Assembly: GCF_041929145.1 (NCBI RefSeq)
Contig: NZ_JBHFNU010000005.1
Span: forward strand, 1 to 20,867
Direction of reading: 5' to 3'
Source: Aerosakkonema sp. BLCC-F183
GTDB lineage: Bacteria; Cyanobacteriota; Cyanobacteriia; Cyanobacteriales; Aerosakkonemataceae
Length of the DNA: 20,867 nucleotides
The position numbers and the translations under genes are program-made. Below, one piece after another: positions 16,647 through 20,867 of the stretch; positions within the stretch are counted from its first letter, which is position 1; each line of letters begins with the position of its first letter. The notes below the pieces were generated by a model, which searched no databases, had not been told where the DNA came from, and worked only from the letters and a program-made list of their open reading frames with translations.

Positions 16647-17093
16647 CTAACCTTTGTTTTTTATCAGCATGACATCTATAATTTTGACAGCAGTCTCTTC
16701 AGTTATTTCTAAAGCGCGATAGAGATCGTTCAAAAGTTTTTCTTCTTCTTCGGTGACTTCGCCATCTGCCAAAACGATATCAGTTGCTACAGCAAAAGCT
16801 GTGTCTTTCAGTTCATCCGGAAGCGTAGACATTGCTGCATTAAACAGGGTTTCTGGGCCTTCCCTTTGCAAAATACCCAGGAGTCGATCGATCATTTTTC
16901 TCATTACGTCACCCGGATAGCTCCTAAACAGTTGCATCCGAGATAAAATAGTGCTAATGGCTTGCGCTTCCGAATCGGTAACGTAGCCGTCTGCCGCTAC
17001 TGCAATCAATGCGATCGCCGCAAATGCTTCCGCTGGCCCTAGCGTTGTTTGGGTTTGCTTGCGACCGCCCGCTATTTTATCGAACAAGCCCAT
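16647..17093 (-). CDS. TerB-like (tellurite-resistance TerB family) small protein
   Basis: The 148-aa helical product has two ADG-x-V/T-x-E acidic motifs, ...AVAADGYVTDSEAQ... and ...IVLADGEVTEEEEKLL, characteristic of TerB-domain proteins. A GAGGAAA ribosome-binding site lies 7 nt upstream. Confidence 0.55.
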   Translation of the reverse strand: MGLFDKIAGGRKQTQTTLGPAEAFAAIALIAVAADGYVTDSEAQAISTILSRMQLFRSYPGDVMRKMIDRLLGILQREGPETLFNAAMSTLPDELKDTAFAVATDIVLADGEVTEEEEKLLNDLYRALEITEETAVKIIDVMLIKNKG

Positions 17094-17183
17094 TGTATTT
17101 TCCTCTTTCTGGTACTACGATCTCACTATTAGTAGCACATTTATCTCTATCACGTTATCAAAAAAAATTAATTTAATCTAAAA

Positions 17184-18506
17184 TTATCTATCCAAAGTTG
17201 CCAATTCTCCCTTCAGATAGTCAACAAATTGTCGAGCCGTTCTACCGGATCGTCCGTTGTGACGAGTTGCCCACTGGAGAGCGCGGTACTCCAAATTTTC
17301 TATAGGAAGAGTAATTCCAGCTTGCTCTGCCAAATGGCGCACAATTGTTAAATAAGTTTTTTGATCCGCAGGTTCAAAAGTGAGAGTAAGACCAAAGCGA
17401 TCGCTAAACGAAAGCTTCTCCTGCACTGTATCCCAAGCATGAACTTCCTCATCGCTGGGAGTAGGTCGATCTTTAAAAAATTCGCGAATCAAATGACGCC
17501 GATTGGAAGTAGCATAAACTACCACATTTTGAGGTCGAGCAGTTATATTCCCTTCCAGGACAACTTTAAGAGCCTTGAAAGCATCGTCATCTTCTTCAAA
17601 CGATAGATCATCTACAAAAATGATAAACTTCTGCGGTACGTTCCGCAACAGTTCGACAATTTTTGATAAATCTTTCAAGTCAGATTTTGACACTTCGATG
17701 AGGCGGAGATTGCGATTGGCATACTCATTCAATAACCCCTTCACCAAAGAAGATTTTCCCGAACCGCGACTGCCGTAAAGCAACACATGAAGCGCTGGAT
17801 AACCTAACAATAAAAACTCGGTATTTTTCATCAAAGCATCTCGCTGAGACTCATACCCCGCCAGTTCCTTGATTTTGATGGGATCGGGGTGTGCAATGCC
17901 GAGCAACTGACCGGACTGCCAGCGCAATGCTTGATATTCAGACAAAATACCCGTACCGCACTCCCGGTAATAAGCGGCCAAATCTTCGACAGCATCTGCC
18001 CAATTATCCAGTTCTTGCAGAGAAGCGATCGCTTTTTTTTCTGCATCGGATAGATAGCTGATTTCATCTTGTTCTCGATACCAAACCACAGGTGCCAGCG
18101 GCAGTTTCGATGCTTCTTGTACCCAGCAACTAAGTTCCCCACCGTTGCATTCGTAAAGACTTTGCAATGCTTGTAAATCTTGCTGAACTGCTGCTACTAA
18201 AGCCGATGGTAAACTTGCGAAATCTTGCCGTTGCGCTTGCTGCGTAAACGGGTTATCGTTTCTGAGAATTTGCCAAATTAAATAATCCTGCCAACTTTTA
18301 TTTGTGGCGGCTATCGCTTGGAACCACTTGCCATAAGCTTGCAAGTAAATCAGCCCTTCCGCATCCCAGCGTTTCAAAGCATCGAGTAGTTCCAGGAAAG
18401 CTATACCCGGTGGGTCGCTTAAAACCGATCGGTACAGCAACAACGACGCCGCTTGGCGTTGAAGGAATTGGATAGAGGAGAGATCTACTGTATCAAGAGA
18501 AGACAT
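17184..18506 (-). CDS. DUF815-family P-loop ATPase (COG2607-like) with an N-terminal extension of about 230 aa of unknown function
   Basis: The product has the Walker A motif GSRGSGKSS and the Walker B motif FIIFVDDLSFEEDD. The block ...LRLIEVSKSDLKDL...VYATSNRRHLI matches the conserved DUF815 core. Confidence 0.7.
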   Translation of the reverse strand: MSSLDTVDLSSIQFLQRQAASLLLYRSVLSDPPGIAFLELLDALKRWDAEGLIYLQAYGKWFQAIAATNKSWQDYLIWQILRNDNPFTQQAQRQDFASLPSALVAAVQQDLQALQSLYECNGGELSCWVQEASKLPLAPVVWYREQDEISYLSDAEKKAIASLQELDNWADAVEDLAAYYRECGTGILSEYQALRWQSGQLLGIAHPDPIKIKELAGYESQRDALMKNTEFLLLGYPALHVLLYGSRGSGKSSLVKGLLNEYANRNLRLIEVSKSDLKDLSKIVELLRNVPQKFIIFVDDLSFEEDDDAFKALKVVLEGNITARPQNVVVYATSNRRHLIREFFKDRPTPSDEEVHAWDTVQEKLSFSDRFGLTLTFEPADQKTYLTIVRHLAEQAGITLPIENLEYRALQWATRHNGRSGRTARQFVDYLKGELATLDR

Positions 18507-18940
18507 GAGCTACAAAAGTCAATCATTCAAAAGTCACCGACTTGTGGGTTGAGTTAAAAATATTACCGCCGCACGAGCATTCGTTAAAAAGTCAAAAGTC
18601 TCAAATGCTTTGAGCATCAGGGAAGCGAAAACGAACTACTGAAACTAACAAGTTGGGTTCGCCTGGGGTAAGGCCGCACCTACATTGCCAGCTATCGCCC
18701 CTAATTTATAATATTTTAAGATGGCCTCAACTGGGGGATTTGCCTAATATTTTAAAGCAATTAGGGATACTCGCGGTATATCTCTGAGAATGTGTTTCAA
18801 AATTTAAGCTACTTTAAACACTAGAAGAATAGACATCTCCTCCAAAAGAATCTCAAAGGGCAGGCAGGATGGCTACCCCACAAGAATTTTTGGAGATGTT
18901 TAATGGAAAATAGTCAGTTTTTACTCAAGCTACGTAAATT

Positions 18941-20867
18941 ATGCGATCGCTCCTCCCACTCCACCGACTGAAAATCCCCCTGCGACTCATCCTTGTCGTC
19001 CCCTTCGTGCTGCTGGTGGCGATCTCCGTAGGACTGACCAACTATTTTTCACTTCAGAATAGCCGCTTACAAGTGCAGCAACTGGCACACCAGTTGATGA
19101 TGGAAGTTGCCGATCGCGTCCATCTATACCTAGATCACTACCTAGAACAACCTGACCAGATCGATCGCAGCAACACTAACGCGGTACGTTTCGGCCAACT
19201 CGACCCCCAGAACATCAATGCTATAGAACGCTATCTGATTTGGCAAATCTCCAATTTCGATCACATTCAAAGTATTGTATACGCCAACGAACAGGGAGAT
19301 TTGAGAATCGTTAAATCCATCAAAGGTAAACGGACACTTCAGATAACAAACAGCCCCGATGTTAGAAAATTTGAACAGTACGCCATTAACTCAAACGGTC
19401 AGCCATCTAAATTTATTAAAATGGGACAATATCCACAAACTTGGGATATTCGACAGCAGCACTGGTATAAATTAGCCAAACAAAAAAAGAGAAAAATCTG
19501 GAATTCAGTCTACACATTAGGTGATGGCACAGACCTGAATATTAACGCCAGTTTACCAGTTTATGATGTCAATAAAAAATTCATAGGAGTCTTTGAATTA
19601 AATTTAAATTTGAGCGGGTTAAATGATTTTATTAACCAATTGCAACTGCGGAATACAGGTGTTGTTTTCCTGATGGAAAACAATGGCTCTCTCATTACCA
19701 GTTCGACAGATGAATTACCTTTTATTAAAACCAGCGATGGTAAATTTAAGCGAATTTTGGCAACTCAAAGTCAGAATCCCCTAATTCAAGCAGCCAGTCG
19801 TCATCTCACATCACAGTTTAATTTGAACGAGATCGATCGCCTTCAGCAGAGGGAATTTACCGAGAACGGGAAAACCTATTTCTCCCAAGTACAACCATAC
19901 AAAGATAAGTATGGCTTGAATTGGACGATCGTGACAGTTGTACCGAAGTCTGACTTCATGGCCAAGATCGATATTAATACTCAATATACTATTCGGCTGA
20001 CGGTATTGGCAGCGATAATAACGATCCTCCTGGGTATCCTAATTGCCAACCGGATTGCCCGTCCCATTCTCACCCTCAGCAAAACTTCAGCAGCAATTGC
20101 ACAAGGCAATCTAAATGTACAAATTCCCGAACATTTGCCAGTGCGGGAACTCGATCGTATGGCGCGTTCTTTTAACCAGATGACGCAGCAATTGCAGTCA
20201 GGTTTCGATCGCATCCAAACAAATTTGCGCGAATCAGAAGCAAAATTGAGCGATATTATTAACAGCCCGATCGCATCAATTATCCAGCTGCGAATCTTCG
20301 CCAATGGAGATTGGAATATTGAGTATCTTTCCCGTGGCTGCGAAACTGTATTTGGTTATAACCCGCAAGAATTTTTAGACGATAAATCCATCTGGATGTC
20401 GAGAATAGTGCCAGAAGATCTGGAAACTATAATTCTTCCTTTATTTAATGACGTTTTTGCCGAAAAAACTGTCAGTTTCGAGTATAGATTCAACCGCAAA
20501 GACGGGAGCTTGCGCTGGTTAGGAGCCAGATTGACCTCTAGATACGATCGAGAAGGCAATTGCTGGTTTGTCAATCAGTTCACCATTGATATTAGCGATC
20601 GCAAAACCTTAGAACGAGAACTTGCCTTCCGAGAAGCCCAACTGAATGTATTATTTAATTCTGCACCGCTCGGCATAAATATTATTGATGACCGATTGCG
20701 GTTTGTCAAAGTGAACGAATCTATGGCAGAAATTAATGGTGTACCCATATCAGAGCATATCGGTAAAACAATAGGCGATATTTTACCTCGACTAGCTCCT
20801 ATTGTCGAACCGATTTACCAACAAGTTCTTACCACAGGTCAGCCGATTTTGAATTTAGAAGTGAGTG
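18941..20867 (+). CDS. Multisensor signalling protein (TM, dCache_1, TM, HAMP, at least two PAS/PAC domains), 3'-truncated by the window end. It is absent from the ORF track because no stop is reached.
   Basis: The frame stays open from ATG 18941 to the window end, about 642 codons. TM1 is LILVVPFVLLVAISVGL. The periplasmic region has a Cache-like core ...VYDVNKKFIGVFELNLNLSGLNDFI...GVVFLMENNGSLITSS. TM2 is LTVLAAIITILLGILIA. HAMP is ...AAIAQGNLNVQIPEHLPVRELDRMARSFNQMTQQLQ. A PAS/PAC follows, ...RKDGSLRWL..., then a second PAS, ...LFNSAPLGINIIDDRLRFVKVNESMAEINGV. Confidence 0.8.
   Translation, partial: MRSLLPLHRLKIPLRLILVVPFVLLVAISVGLTNYFSLQNSRLQVQQLAHQLMMEVADRVHLYLDHYLEQPDQIDRSNTNAVRFGQLDPQNINAIERYLIWQISNFDHIQSIVYANEQGDLRIVKSIKGKRTLQITNSPDVRKFEQYAINSNGQPSKFIKMGQYPQTWDIRQQHWYKLAKQKKRKIWNSVYTLGDGTDLNINASLPVYDVNKKFIGVFELNLNLSGLNDFINQLQLRNTGVVFLMENNGSLITSSTDELPFIKTSDGKFKRILATQSQNPLIQAASRHLTSQFNLNEIDRLQQREFTENGKTYFSQVQPYKDKYGLNWTIVTVVPKSDFMAKIDINTQYTIRLTVLAAIITILLGILIANRIARPILTLSKTSAAIAQGNLNVQIPEHLPVRELDRMARSFNQMTQQLQSGFDRIQTNLRESEAKLSDIINSPIASIIQLRIFANGDWNIEYLSRGCETVFGYNPQEFLDDKSIWMSRIVPEDLETIILPLFNDVFAEKTVSFEYRFNRKDGSLRWLGARLTSRYDREGNCWFVNQFTIDISDRKTLERELAFREAQLNVLFNSAPLGINIIDDRLRFVKVNESMAEINGVPISEHIGKTIGDILPRLAPIVEPIYQQVLTTGQPILNLEVS

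Noticed and set aside
18640-18690. tRNA-like GGTTCG pentamer and flanks in the DUF815/sensor intergenic region
   Set aside because: No complementary T-stem, acceptor stem or anticodon arm could be built, so it is not a tRNA.
19981-20574. Minus-strand ORFs 19981..20304 and 20356..20574
   Set aside because: They lie entirely within, and antisense to, the long open Cache-HAMP-PAS sensor frame that the ORF track missed because it has no stop.

Overview
This window reads as a cyanobacterial chromosomal segment. Two things in the sequence point that way: the HIP1 octamer GCGATCGC occurs about 17 or more times in 20.9 kb, and short heptamer tandem repeats of the STRR type sit in several intergenic gaps and inside one gene. 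Reading left to right, the window holds: (1) the 3' part of an IS200/IS605 tnpB gene, cut off by the window start, followed by a terminal hairpin; (2) a 248-aa pentapeptide-repeat protein on the minus strand; (3) a translationally coupled DUF433/DUF5615 pair, a putative toxin-antitoxin module; (4) telomere-like G-run/C-run heptamer repeats between two convergent genes; (5) an M17 leucyl aminopeptidase, a Slt-type lytic transglycosylase and TatC; (6) a RelE/ParE-like toxin with a small upstream partner; (7) a phylloquinone (men) cluster laid out as menF-menD on the minus strand, menA-menC-menE on the plus strand with overlapping stops and starts, and a convergent hotdog-fold thioesterase; (8) a Uma2-family endonuclease coupled by an ATGA overlap to a tiny 2-TM protein; (9) a minus-strand pair of a DUF815 P-loop ATPase and a TerB-like protein; (10) the 5' two-thirds of a Cache-HAMP-PAS multisensor protein that runs off the window end and is missing from the ORF track because it has no stop codon. 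I found no tRNA, rRNA or CRISPR array. The most unusual sequence-level signals are a 33-bp near-perfect palindrome plus alternative hairpins in the divergent men promoter region, a heptamer repeat embedded in the menD reading frame, and the telomere-like repeat block. The DUF815/TerB pair and the Uma2/small-membrane-protein pair are the best candidates for an uncharacterised functional module, but nothing in this window is unambiguously a novel system.
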